A stretch of 64,000 bases of DNA from assembly GCA_964391505.1 (NCBI GenBank), contig CAYMMG010000002.1, positions 38,455 to 102,454 of the forward strand, given 5' to 3'. The notes under the pieces are model-generated. The model was not told the DNA's origin, ran no database searches, and was given only the letters and a program-made list of their open reading frames with translations. This document shows positions 16,495 to 27,513 of the stretch, in pieces (position 1 is the first letter of the stretch; each line of letters begins with the position of its first letter). The position numbers were made by a program, and so were the translations under genes. This DNA comes from an uncultured Burkholderiales bacterium. Lineage in GTDB: Bacteria; Actinomycetota; Acidimicrobiia; IMCC26256; JAGPDB01.

Positions 16495-17894
16495 GTAGAC
16501 GTTCCTCCCACTGTCATCTTGGCAACACGCAGTGTTGGTTGACCCGAGGAAACAGGAACACCTTGACCATTCTTGCCACATGTTCCGGTCCATGTATCAA
16601 AATCATTTGCAACCGCATCAATGTCAAGCATTGTCTGCAGGCCGTTCCCGATAAGCGTTGCGCCGCGAATGGGGTATGTAATGACACCATTCTCAACCAT
16701 ATATGCCTCTGTAACTCCAAAAACATATTCGCCCGTGACTGTATCAACTTGTCCTCCACCAAGAGCAACACAATAAATTCCATAGTCGGTCGAAGAGATG
16801 ATGTCATCAACTTCCATTGTCCCTGGTTCAAGATAGGTATTCGTCATACGAACCATGGGCACATATTCGTACGTCTCACGCCTACCGTTACCCGATACAT
16901 GATGTCCAAGTTTTGTAGAGCGCAATACATCCCACATGTAATCATTTAATATTCCATCTTGAATCAACGTATTTTTTTGTGCAGGGTTCCCTTCGTCGTC
17001 AAAACGATATGTCCCCCATTCATCTCCCATAGTTCCGTCATCAACAAGTGTCACGAAAGGTGATGCGACTTGCTGGCCTACCTTACCTGCAAAAACACTT
17101 TGGGCCTTATCAATGTGATCTGCTTCAAGTCCATGTCCGCACGCCTCATGAAAAAGTACACCCCCTGCACCCTTTTTTAATATCACGCTTAAGTTTCCAC
17201 TTGGTGCCGGTTTTGCATCGAGCAAAGTCACTGCACGTTGAGCTGCGATGCGGGCAATATTATCTACTGAAAAAATGTCGAAATACTGTGCACCCATACT
17301 TCTTCCCGGTGCTTCATGGGCGCTTTGGATACCGTCAGCATTTTTTGCAATTGCTTGCACAACGCACCTTGTTCGGGTCTGCGAATCGGAGACATTCACT
17401 CCTGCAGTATTCATAATGAGAACTTCTCGTTGACTTTGCGCAATCGTTGCCGAGGTTTGAGATATCGATGCATCAAAGCTACGACTCACGTCATCAATTT
17501 CACGCAAACGTTCAGCAGTCGTACTTGCTGGATCACGAAATTCCTGAGCACTTAAACCTTCGATGTCTCCATTGCTCGTAAAGAGGGATGCGTCCACCCC
17601 TTTACCTGAAGCTGATATTGCGCCAGCAACTCCTGCGGAAGCACAAGCTGCATCAACGGCCGCATTAAGACCGTCGCTTGTAAACGTGCTTGTATATGCA
17701 TACCCAACACGTGAATTATTCACAACGCGAATACCTACTCCGCTACTGAGGCCCGTGGTGCGTGAATCGATACGCTTTTCATCAAGAGACGTCGCTGCAG
17801 AACTGGTTTGCTCACAGAAAGCTTCCGCAAAAGATGCCCCCTTTCGGGAAGCATACTCGAGAGATTCGCTAATGAGCTGGGGATCAATATTCAT
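16491..17894 (-). CDS. tldD: TldD-family metalloprotease
   Basis: 'LFHEACGHGLEADH' zinc motif; 467 aa. Confidence 0.85.
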   Translation of the reverse strand: MNIDPQLISESLEYASRKGASFAEAFCEQTSSAATSLDEKRIDSRTTGLSSGVGIRVVNNSRVGYAYTSTFTSDGLNAAVDAACASAGVAGAISASGKGVDASLFTSNGDIEGLSAQEFRDPASTTAERLREIDDVSRSFDASISQTSATIAQSQREVLIMNTAGVNVSDSQTRTRCVVQAIAKNADGIQSAHEAPGRSMGAQYFDIFSVDNIARIAAQRAVTLLDAKPAPSGNLSVILKKGAGGVLFHEACGHGLEADHIDKAQSVFAGKVGQQVASPFVTLVDDGTMGDEWGTYRFDDEGNPAQKNTLIQDGILNDYMWDVLRSTKLGHHVSGNGRRETYEYVPMVRMTNTYLEPGTMEVDDIISSTDYGIYCVALGGGQVDTVTGEYVFGVTEAYMVENGVITYPIRGATLIGNGLQTMLDIDAVANDFDTWTGTCGKNGQGVPVSSGQPTLRVAKMTVGGTST

Positions 17895-18018
17895 ATTGGG
17901 TCTCTTTACAATAATCCATAGAAGGCATTCCTGACTGTGCTTGACGCATGTTTAATGCATCACGCGTCGAAATGCCTTCGAGCGTGATAGTTTGTTCTCC
18001 GAGTTAATGGGGGCAAAA

Positions 18019-18612
18019 ATGTCAGATGAAGTAAATAACAACGATCCGCTCAACGAAGAACCTGGATGGGCTGCACTCGATGGGGAACAAGCACAACCTA
18101 CGCCTCCACCTTCTCCAACGCCTGTTGGTCCGGACGCATTCCCTGCCATTGATTCTTCCTTGAATCAGAACACTGCCCCTGCTGGCGTGCCTTACGGTGA
18201 ACCAAAAAAGAAAAGTAAATTATGGCTCTGGATCACCCTCTCTATTGTTGTTCCGCTCATGCTCTGTGGAATCGGGGCTGTTGCTTGCACAACGCTAATC
18301 GTGAGCACAACAAAGCCAGCGGTAGATGCAACAAATAATTTTTATCATGCTGCACAAGACGGTGAAGATTTAGATTCACTCACTTGCAAAAGATTCCTCG
18401 ATGAAGGGGGAACATTCAATGGTCTTTTCCAGGAGTCCGAAAATAATGATCGCGGAATCAAGAGTTTTGATTTTAAAGATGTCCAGGTATCGAACGGAGA
18501 GGCTGAGGTAACAGGAACTGTTAAACGGGAAAATGGAACTACCTATAAGACAGTTGTGAACTTAGATAAAGAGAATGGCAAATTTAAAGTTTGCACTATA
18601 CGTGAAAGCTAA
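18019..18612 (+). CDS. membrane-anchored protein with Pro-rich N-terminus
   Basis: Start taken at 'MSDEVNNN' (GGGG upstream). One TM, 'LWLWITLSIVVPLMLCGIGAVA'. Confidence 0.5.
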   Translation: MSDEVNNNDPLNEEPGWAALDGEQAQPTPPPSPTPVGPDAFPAIDSSLNQNTAPAGVPYGEPKKKSKLWLWITLSIVVPLMLCGIGAVACTTLIVSTTKPAVDATNNFYHAAQDGEDLDSLTCKRFLDEGGTFNGLFQESENNDRGIKSFDFKDVQVSNGEAEVTGTVKRENGTTYKTVVNLDKENGKFKVCTIRES

Positions 18613-19425
18613 TTGGATTTAATGCCCGACATCCCTCAGCCAACAAAAAAGAGTTTTTTTCATAAAGCGAAGAACGCTCAACAACCCCGACGAATTCTTG
18701 TTGAAATTATTATCATTGGTTCACTTTATGCGATTTACACATTAGGTCGAAACAACACAGATGCGTCGAAGTCGCAGGCGTTCACTAATGCAAAACTCAT
18801 CATTCGTGTGGAACATTTCTTTTCCATGTATATCGAACGATCCATTCACACATATTTTCTTCATTTTGATTGGATCATTATTGCCAGTAATTATTTTTAT
18901 GGTTCGTTACACTTCATCGTAACGCTTTTTGCATTGTTCTATGTCTTCGCCAAAGATCCGAAACGCTATTCACATGTGCGCACAACCATTGTGTCTGGGA
19001 CGCTCATTTCGCTCGTGGGCTTCATCACATTTCCCCTCATGCCGCCCCGTTTGATGCCTTCGCACTACGGCTATGTCGATACCCTCGCAAAATATCCCAC
19101 GTTTTGGTCTTTTAATACGGAAGAATTTGCAGCAATCTCAAATCAGTTTGCAGCCATGCCTTCGGTACATATCGTCTGGTCTACGTGGTGCGTCTTCGCG
19201 CTTTTCCCTTATTTAAAAAAGAGGTGGCTTAAAGTCGCGCTTTGTTGTTATCCGCTGTGCACCTTGTTTGTTGTTATCGTAACTTCAAACCATTACATCC
19301 TCGACGCGGTCGGTGGACTCGCAGTATTTGGAGTGGCTTACTGGGTGAGCCGGATAATCACATCGCTGACCACACGCTCCGCCATTGACAAAACAGCATC
19401 CTTGGCTGAGATCAATGCCAAGTGA
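18613..19425 (+). CDS. PAP2-superfamily membrane protein (PAP2_3 / inositol-phosphoceramide-synthase-like)
   Basis: Multi-TM. 'MPSVHIVW' and 'SNHYILDAVGG' resemble PAP2 motifs C2 and C3. Confidence 0.5.
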   Translation: MDLMPDIPQPTKKSFFHKAKNAQQPRRILVEIIIIGSLYAIYTLGRNNTDASKSQAFTNAKLIIRVEHFFSMYIERSIHTYFLHFDWIIIASNYFYGSLHFIVTLFALFYVFAKDPKRYSHVRTTIVSGTLISLVGFITFPLMPPRLMPSHYGYVDTLAKYPTFWSFNTEEFAAISNQFAAMPSVHIVWSTWCVFALFPYLKKRWLKVALCCYPLCTLFVVIVTSNHYILDAVGGLAVFGVAYWVSRIITSLTTRSAIDKTASLAEINAK

Positions 19426-20216
19426 CGTGGTGGAAGATTTTCAATTTTGTAAACTGTAAAAACGCTTTGTTCATTCGGAAGCGCGGTTAGAGGCAATATC
19501 GAACAACCAATTCCTGAACGTACTAAGCGGGGAAGCAAACGAATGCCTTCGCAGTTCACTGGCACATCGAGCGTGATGTCTTCTTTACGCGCTGCTTTAT
19601 CGATCCAAGCGCGAAGAGGATTGGTTTTAGGAGTGAGTACGTGAGGGTACTGAGACAGTTCAGTAAAAGTTTTTGGCGAAGAATCCAATCCAAATTCTTT
19701 GGGAGCAATACCAACTATTTCTTCATCACATAGTGTTGTTACTTCTACACGGGGATCAGCAACAGGCTCAGTAATAACCGCTACCGAAAGATCGTGTGTA
19801 ATAACATCGGCCAACAATCGTTCGGATGGAGCTTCAGTAATGTGCAATGTAACGCCAGGTGCAGAATCTCGCATTTCTTGAACGAGCGAAGGAACAATCC
19901 ATCGGCTTGCCGTTCCGATGACCCCGATCGAAGCATGACCTCGCTTCAGACCTTGCAACATCGATAGATCAACAAGCATTGAATCAATCTCTGCGGTAAT
20001 ACGTTTCGCACGGTCAACAACAACCTGACCTTGTTCTGTTAATCGAGCACCTTGCCGAGAGCGGACAATGAGCGTTGTATGCAATTCTTTCTCTAATGCC
20101 TGAATCTGTGCGGATACATTACTTTGAACAGTTCCTAAAGAATCTGCGGCAGCGGTAAAGCTGCCTGACTGATGGATGGCTGCAAGCACATCAAGTTGTC
20201 TTAGGTCCATGTTCAT
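19338..20216 (-). CDS. LysR-family transcriptional regulator
   Basis: N-terminal wHTH 'LRQLDVLAAIHQSGSFTAAADSLGTVQSNVSAQIQALEKEL'; 292 aa. Confidence 0.8.
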   Translation of the reverse strand: MNMDLRQLDVLAAIHQSGSFTAAADSLGTVQSNVSAQIQALEKELHTTLIVRSRQGARLTEQGQVVVDRAKRITAEIDSMLVDLSMLQGLKRGHASIGVIGTASRWIVPSLVQEMRDSAPGVTLHITEAPSERLLADVITHDLSVAVITEPVADPRVEVTTLCDEEIVGIAPKEFGLDSSPKTFTELSQYPHVLTPKTNPLRAWIDKAARKEDITLDVPVNCEGIRLLPRLVRSGIGCSILPLTALPNEQSVFTVYKIENLPPRHLALISAKDAVLSMAERVVSDVIIRLTQ

Positions 20217-20456
20217 TCCACTTTCACTTCATAAAGCGACATATATGTACGCATTTCTCCGAGATATAGTATCACAAATAGAGATTTAACCTATCTAATA
20301 TATACGTTTGACTGATGGATCTATGTGTGACAGAATAACCCTGTTCCCCCATCCATGTCGGGAGGCCAATTCCCCCATTGGCCTTCTGGCATAACCTTTC
20401 TGGCTCAAATCTTCGAAACGTTCTATACTAAACGGCTCTCGGGAGGCAATAAAAAA

Positions 20457-20795
20457 ATGGAATCTACACTCGTATTTACAGGACCACTGACGTGGACCAA
20501 TAAGGCAGCATGTTGCGGCCAAACATCACTCTTTTTCCCACCACCGGGAGAACGACCAGAAGCTCGCGCACGCCGTGAAGCAAAGGCGCGCACAATCTGC
20601 GCAGTGTGCCCCGTGATGGAAGACTGCCGCGATTGGGCACGCAACCATCGCGAATATGGTTTCTGGGGCGGCGAATCTGAAGAAGATCGCGCAGCTGCTG
20701 GGTACCGTGTTGAAATGCCTGTGGGTCGCGTAGCTCGTTACCCGAAGGGCGACGGTGCACCCGTTGCACCCCGCGGTGAAAGCGCTCCTGCATAA
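20457..20795 (+). CDS. WhiB-family (Wbl) Fe-S transcription factor
   Basis: Start taken at 'MESTLVF' (GGGAGG 11 nt upstream). Cys pattern 'C-x22-CxxCxxxxxC' ('AACC...CAVCPVMEDC') and 'GFWGGESEEDR'. Confidence 0.85.
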   Translation: MESTLVFTGPLTWTNKAACCGQTSLFFPPPGERPEARARREAKARTICAVCPVMEDCRDWARNHREYGFWGGESEEDRAAAGYRVEMPVGRVARYPKGDGAPVAPRGESAPA

Positions 20796-20806
20796 CTAGT
20801 TTGATA

Positions 20807-20866
20807 GAGGTCCGTTCTCCCGGCAACCATACAGATGGTTTCTTGGAGGATGGACCTCTTTTTTTA
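20807..20866 (+). terminator. rho-independent terminator after whiB
   Basis: 'AGAGGTCC...GGACCTCT' stem followed by TTTTTTT. Confidence 0.6.
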
Positions 20867-21074
20867 TGTAAACCACAAGACGCAATACAACTGAACGAAC
20901 AGCTGCAACTTTAGTAATTTGGGGGAGGGCCACACCTTGCACTTCGAGCAAGGAACAGCCCTAAAATCAATTATCTTTTTGTGTTGAATACGAGTATTTA
21001 ACCTTGGATTATCTAGCATTTTCTGCATCGAAGACACAGAATCAATCATTTGGTATCACCGGCCTCAACTGCGC

Positions 21075-21920
21075 AATCCAATTTTTGTTGCAGCATTTGA
21101 AGGCTGGAACGATGCTGGCGAAGCAGCCAGCGATTCCGTTGCATGGATTGTTGATAAATTTTCCAGCCAACTTGTAGCTGAAATCGAAGGCGATACTTAT
21201 TTCGATTATCAAGCAGTCCGACCCAATATCTCTGTGGGGGAAGGCGGAATTCGCCAAGTATCGTGGCCGCGAAATCGTATTTACGGGATCTCTCTCGATG
21301 ACAGTGACCGTGATATTGTCGTGATGCTCAGCCACGAACCGAATTACCGATGGAAATCCTTCTGTGTCGATATTCTTCAGGTCATCTCTGAGCTCAAGTG
21401 TGAGGAGATTTTCACATTTGGTTCCATGATGGCTGAGGTTCCTCATACGCGGCCCACGCGTTTGACAGGTATTGGATCAGAGCGTGAGCGCCTCGACGCC
21501 TTAGAAGTTTTACCGTCTAACTATGAGGGCCCCACCGGAATTATTGGAGTTCTCCACGAATACTTAACACAGAATCATTTATCGTCAACATCACTATGGG
21601 CCACCATTCCCCACTACGTTGCACAACGACCGCAACCTGCCGCCATGAATGAATTGCTCAACACATTTAGCGCGTTAGTGGGAGTGGATTTTGACACCAG
21701 CGACTTAGCTAGTCAAGCGGCTGATTGGGTCAATCATGTCAATGATGCAGTTGCCGATGATGATCAGGCAGTCGAATATGTTGCAGAACTTGAAATGCGA
21801 TACGACTCAGGAGATTTTGCTGAAACATACGAACTTGCCGATGAAGAATTCCCGAGTGCAGAAGCATTAGCCGCTGAAGTAGAAAAATTTCTACGCGATC
21901 AGCCGCCAGAGAAACAATAA
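21075..21920 (+). CDS. PAC2-family (proteasome-assembly-chaperone-like) protein; true start unresolved
   Basis: The conserved N-terminal 'NPIFVAAFEGWNDAGEAAS' is encoded from 21075, in the same frame as track ORF 21234..21920. There is no ATG/GTG/TTG between the in-frame stop at 20985 and 21234. Confidence 0.7.
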   Translation, partial: NPIFVAAFEGWNDAGEAASDSVAWIVDKFSSQLVAEIEGDTYFDYQAVRPNISVGEGGIRQVSWPRNRIYGISLDDSDRDIVVMLSHEPNYRWKSFCVDILQVISELKCEEIFTFGSMMAEVPHTRPTRLTGIGSERERLDALEVLPSNYEGPTGIIGVLHEYLTQNHLSSTSLWATIPHYVAQRPQPAAMNELLNTFSALVGVDFDTSDLASQAADWVNHVNDAVADDDQAVEYVAELEMRYDSGDFAETYELADEEFPSAEALAAEVEKFLRDQPPEKQ

Positions 21921-21929
21921 CTGCGTATA

Positions 21930-23261
21930 TTAGTAAAAATCGCCGAGCGAACGAATTACGCCCTCATATAAATCTGTAGTGTGTTGTAAAGATTTCACGC
22001 TTACTTTTTCGTTTCTTCCATGAAACATTTCCAAATGGCCGGCATAGGTTGTATCGTCTGGAGCAAATAATGCGGCACCATACGCAATGGCTCCGTTTCG
22101 TCGCCAATATCGCGAATCGGTTCCGAACGTTGAAATCGTTGGCAATAACTGAGTGCCTGGAAAAATATCTGAAGATACTCGCTGTAGTGCATCCCACAGC
22201 GGTGTATGTGTGGGCGAAAGAGTGGATTCTTCGTCTTGAGAATAAGAAATTGTGACCTGATCTGCATAAGGCCCGAGAATATCGTCAATCATTGCAGCTA
22301 CCTGAGCCAGTGTTGTTCCCGGCAGTGATCGTATATCCATTTGAATCGTAGCTTTGTCTGCAACCGTATTGACCTTCACGCCACCGTGAATAACATTTGG
22401 TGAAAATGTTTGGTGTGCGCAGGAGTGCAAAACCGAAGCAAGAGGTTGGTCGAGTTCATGAAGTGCTTCATCGTGAGTATCCACATTGGATACGCGTTTC
22501 ACAAGTTGTTCATCGAAGCCCAGCGCATGAAGAAATGTTTCCCATCCCTCCACGAATTTTATTGGGGGTTTATAGTCAAGAAAGCGCTGCACGATGTCAA
22601 CGCTTTTTATGATGGCGTTATCTGCACCATATGGCTTTGACCCATGCGAAGGAGTGCCATGGATGTTGATCGTTATCCAGTGAACACCCTTTTCGCCCAC
22701 AACAACGGGAAGATACGTCTCGTCACCCACAGGCATATGCGTTCCACCCGATTCGCTCAGCACATAATTTGCCTCAACAAGATCGCTATGGTTTTCAACA
22801 AGATAACCCGCTCCGAGATTTCCACCAGCTTCTTCATCTGCAACAGCAGCGAAAATGACATCTCCTCGCGGCACAAATCCTTCACGCGAAAGATTGGCCA
22901 TTGCAATAGCCATCGAACCAGTGATGTTAAACATGTCCACGGCGCCACGACCATGAACGATGCCTTCCACAAGTTCCCCTCCAAAGGGATCATATTCCCA
23001 GTCTGCGGATGTTGCAGGAACGACATCCGTGTGACCTTGAAGCAGGAGGACAGGCGCATTCGGTTCACGACCACGCATCCGAACAACGAGATTAGTTCGA
23101 GCAGTCTGTTCTCCAAATCGACCAACTTCAAGGGCGTGTCCATTGAAAAGCGTTTCCAAGACGGCAACATTGCGGGTTTCATTTCCCGATTCGTATGTGC
23201 CGTCATTCACACATTCATTGCGGATGAGCTGTTGAACAAGTTCTGCAGTGGCATTCGACAT
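21930..23261 (-). CDS. M20-family metallopeptidase / deacylase
   Basis: 'LLLQGHTDVVPA' and 'AVADEEAGG'; 443 aa. Confidence 0.8.
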   Translation of the reverse strand: MSNATAELVQQLIRNECVNDGTYESGNETRNVAVLETLFNGHALEVGRFGEQTARTNLVVRMRGREPNAPVLLLQGHTDVVPATSADWEYDPFGGELVEGIVHGRGAVDMFNITGSMAIAMANLSREGFVPRGDVIFAAVADEEAGGNLGAGYLVENHSDLVEANYVLSESGGTHMPVGDETYLPVVVGEKGVHWITINIHGTPSHGSKPYGADNAIIKSVDIVQRFLDYKPPIKFVEGWETFLHALGFDEQLVKRVSNVDTHDEALHELDQPLASVLHSCAHQTFSPNVIHGGVKVNTVADKATIQMDIRSLPGTTLAQVAAMIDDILGPYADQVTISYSQDEESTLSPTHTPLWDALQRVSSDIFPGTQLLPTISTFGTDSRYWRRNGAIAYGAALFAPDDTTYAGHLEMFHGRNEKVSVKSLQHTTDLYEGVIRSLGDFY

Positions 23262-23307
23262 GATACGAGGTTACTTGAAAGTTACTGCCCTCCATTAAAG
23301 CAAACAG

Positions 23308-24111
23308 TTACAATCGATCAGGGCAAAGGATAGGTCGTGAAGAGTCAGGATCAGCACGCTGAACAACGGCAGAAAGTGATACGAAATCACCAGGATTACG
23401 TTGGCCATTCCCTCGACGAGAAGTAGGAACAAGGTTGGGTTCAAGTCTTTGAGCGTTTCTTGCATCCAAGGCATTTACGAGAGAACCTCTTCGGTCTTCT
23501 GCGTTCAATACATGTTCTATCTCGTCATTGCCCAATAGAAAAATTGCTATCTCTCCTAATTTCTCCGAAGAGATCGTGGAGGAGTCGTCAAGTCGAATCA
23601 TTAATGCAAGCGCATAAGACGCATCAGGGTCCCCACCCCTTGCAATCTCAACCAAATTCTCAACCGTTCTTTTAAAGTTTCGTTTCTGTTCGACTGTTTG
23701 CTCGCCTCTGTTGGTCATGATCGCGCCGACTAGCTCGACAATACTGATATCTGGGGTGAGATCCGGCTTAATCACAGTGAATAGCGTTTGCATGAGAACA
23801 GGAGGGGTGAGATGATCCGCAGCACCGTGTTTGATGAACTCTTGACAAATATAAGCTGCATAATCAATACCCGATTCGACGAGAGCAATTAAATCCGTAA
23901 CTAACCGATCTAAACGTCCGACTTCAGCATGTGCTCCGACAATACCTGCTTGCAAAAGCCTTTCGAGAAGAAGATCTGTAGAGGATCGTTCGTCTTGAGC
24001 CAATACGAGAAGTGCATCTGCTTGTTTAACAGCTGTGTGCCAATCACCTCCAGGAGCAAAGTTTTCTAAAGTTTGTCTTGCTAACGCGATGTCTTGTGGA
24101 GTTGGTGCCAT
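23308..24111 (-). CDS. hypothetical protein (267 aa)
   Basis: Long clean ORF; no motif recognised. Confidence 0.5.
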   Translation of the reverse strand: MAPTPQDIALARQTLENFAPGGDWHTAVKQADALLVLAQDERSSTDLLLERLLQAGIVGAHAEVGRLDRLVTDLIALVESGIDYAAYICQEFIKHGAADHLTPPVLMQTLFTVIKPDLTPDISIVELVGAIMTNRGEQTVEQKRNFKRTVENLVEIARGGDPDASYALALMIRLDDSSTISSEKLGEIAIFLLGNDEIEHVLNAEDRRGSLVNALDARNAQRLEPNLVPTSRRGNGQRNPGDFVSLSAVVQRADPDSSRPILCPDRL

Positions 24112-24208
24112 ACGTTTGGCCGCCTTTCAAAATAGAAGTTTTAAGAATACTCAATCCCGCTAAATGGTTCAAATCGCTCCTGGTCTGCTTACGTACTAAA
24201 TTTCATCC

Positions 24209-24673
24209 ATGACAATCGGACCAAGTGAAGCTTCAGTATTAATAACCACTGCATCCGCTCCTGATCTCGTTCGACGACTTGTCGATCGACTTTCAGAGCC
24301 TGTCGATTCCTATTGGAATGGTTCACACACGTGGTTCACACAACTCGCCGGAGTTGATGTTGAATGGCGACTTCATCCAGTTTCGGATTTTCTTATGCCC
24401 GAGGCATCGCGTCCTGAAGATCTTCTGGATCTTGCAATTGAAGGTGAAGTTGATCCTTCCCACTACTGGGAAGGAGTAGAAATATTTTCCGTGGATGACG
24501 AGAACGAAATAGATTCCGCTTCTCTTTCAGAAGAAGTATGTAAGCTCCTCGATCTTGAGGTGACTGCCCATGGCAATGTTGATCATGATGCAATCGGCGA
24601 TGAATACGAAAGATCGGGTGGAAAAGTTTCGCTAGTTTCTCTGCTCATTTCACAAATGAATGAAAAGAATTAG
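24209..24673 (+). CDS. hypothetical acidic protein (154 aa)
   Basis: Clean ORF, divergent from the previous gene; no motif recognised. Confidence 0.45.
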   Translation: MTIGPSEASVLITTASAPDLVRRLVDRLSEPVDSYWNGSHTWFTQLAGVDVEWRLHPVSDFLMPEASRPEDLLDLAIEGEVDPSHYWEGVEIFSVDDENEIDSASLSEEVCKLLDLEVTAHGNVDHDAIGDEYERSGGKVSLVSLLISQMNEKN

Positions 24674-25467
24674 CGCGCAAATATTTGGTCAGGTTCACAG
24701 ATGCGACCAATCGTAAAGTGACCAAACTCACCGTAGAGTGCGCTTGCTTCGTCGAAACGCATTTCATATACAATATCTTTAATATCGCTGAGAGTTTTTG
24801 AAAAGAGAGACACTCCCCATTCCCAATCGGTTAAGCCTGTTGATCCTGTGATGAGTTGCAATATTCTGCCGCTATATTTTCGACCCACTGTTCCGTGAGC
24901 GCGCATGTATTCTGCACGTTTTTCGAAAGGCAGACTAAACCAGTTGTTCTCCCCTTCGCGCTTTTTTGACATGGGATAGAAACATAAATATTCCATATTC
25001 TTCGGCGGTAATTCAGGAAACAGTTTGTGTTTTGCGTAGATGGTCATGCGTTCTCGCCATTGATCCATCATTGCTATTTTTTCATCAGCCGATGAACCGA
25101 GTGAATCGACTCGTTCCTGCTCTTCGGCTTCTGAGGTTGTGTATTCGGATGTTTCGGTGAGGGAAAGAAAACTATCTACTACTTGGACACCACAGTTTTT
25201 AATTTCTTGTTCAATCTGGATGAGTTTTTCTGCTTGTGTTGTGAGAATCATCACAATCGCATCAGATTCATGACCGAATGATGCCGCAACAAAGATTTGA
25301 GATGCTACCGCATCAGTATCAGCATCTCTTGTTGTATCACGATTTTTTTCAATCACGCGTGTGAGTTCATCAACCACTCGGTTACGTTCTTCGCCCACAG
25401 GAAAAGTAATCATCAAGTGCGAAACATAAAGCCCCGTCTCATTCACAGCCCGTTCACTTGTTTCCAT
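24670..25467 (-). CDS. chdC: coproheme decarboxylase (HemQ/ChdC, chlorite-dismutase family)
   Basis: 'FYPMSKKREGENNWF', 'HGTVGRKYSGRILQLITGSTGLTDWEWGVSLF' and 'VYEMRFDEASALYGEFG'. Confidence 0.85.
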   Translation of the reverse strand: METSERAVNETGLYVSHLMITFPVGEERNRVVDELTRVIEKNRDTTRDADTDAVASQIFVAASFGHESDAIVMILTTQAEKLIQIEQEIKNCGVQVVDSFLSLTETSEYTTSEAEEQERVDSLGSSADEKIAMMDQWRERMTIYAKHKLFPELPPKNMEYLCFYPMSKKREGENNWFSLPFEKRAEYMRAHGTVGRKYSGRILQLITGSTGLTDWEWGVSLFSKTLSDIKDIVYEMRFDEASALYGEFGHFTIGRICEPDQIFAR

Positions 25468-25586
25468 AACTTACATTCTCATCTCTTTAAATATGATTCT
25501 CAACTCCGCACAAAATAACTTGACCGTAAAGTCTTAAAACGCGAAGCGCCCCTCCACAAATGGGATTCTCAACCTTGACACAAAGA

Positions 25587-25671
25587 GGGACCCGTCAATG
25601 TGCACAAGCGGCGCATTGGTTGGTCCTTCAAAGAAGGATCAACCACGTACGCGTGCACATTAACGGGTCCC
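25587..25671 (-). terminator. 85-nt nested hairpin downstream of groEL (possible U-tract-less terminator or structured RNA)
   Basis: Outer arms 'GGGACCCGTCAATGTGCAC' / 'GTGCACATTAACGGGTCCC' (18/19). Inner arms 'GGTTGGTCCTTC' / 'GAAGGATCAACC' with loop AAA. Confidence 0.4.
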
Positions 25672-25694
25672 GAGATTGATGTGGAAATGTTGAC

Positions 25695-27347
<1,653 letters not shown>

Positions 27348-27434
27348 TTATTCACACCTGTGAACGGTTCGGCTTACTGGGCCACAGAATCACATAATCC
27401 CTGATTATGCTGGGATTTTGCTTATCCGCGACCA

Positions 27435-27461
27435 TTAGCACTCTCGAGGTGAGAGTGCTAA
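27435..27461. promoter_or_regulatory. CIRCE operator (HrcA binding site)
   Basis: Perfect 'TTAGCACTC-N9-GAGTGCTAA', 97 nt upstream of the groEL start. Confidence 0.85.
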
Positions 27462-27513
27462 CAGTCTGCCAAAGATCGTATAGTCCATGCAAACGCTGGA
27501 CGATAGAGATTAA

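Noticed and set aside
20278-20294. ATAG-N9-CTAT dyad in the LysR/whiB divergent region as a LysR T-N11-A box
   Set aside because: The spacing does not fit the classical T-N11-A layout, and a short AT-rich dyad is expected by chance in this AT-rich spacer.
20457-20795. The whiB-like gene looks GC-richer than its surroundings (possible foreign origin)
   Set aside because: Judged by eye only. Wbl genes are highly conserved and Arg/Ala/Gly/Cys-rich, which raises GC on its own. Needs a computed GC/codon comparison.
21042-21446. 134-aa minus-strand ORF opposite the PAC2 gene start
   Set aside because: The + strand encodes the conserved PAC2 motif FEGWNDAG in this interval, so the antisense ORF is spurious.
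22644-23333. 229-aa + strand ORF overlapping the M20 peptidase gene
   Set aside because: The opposite strand encodes a complete M20 enzyme with the GHTDVV and DEE motifs. The + strand product has no recognisable features.
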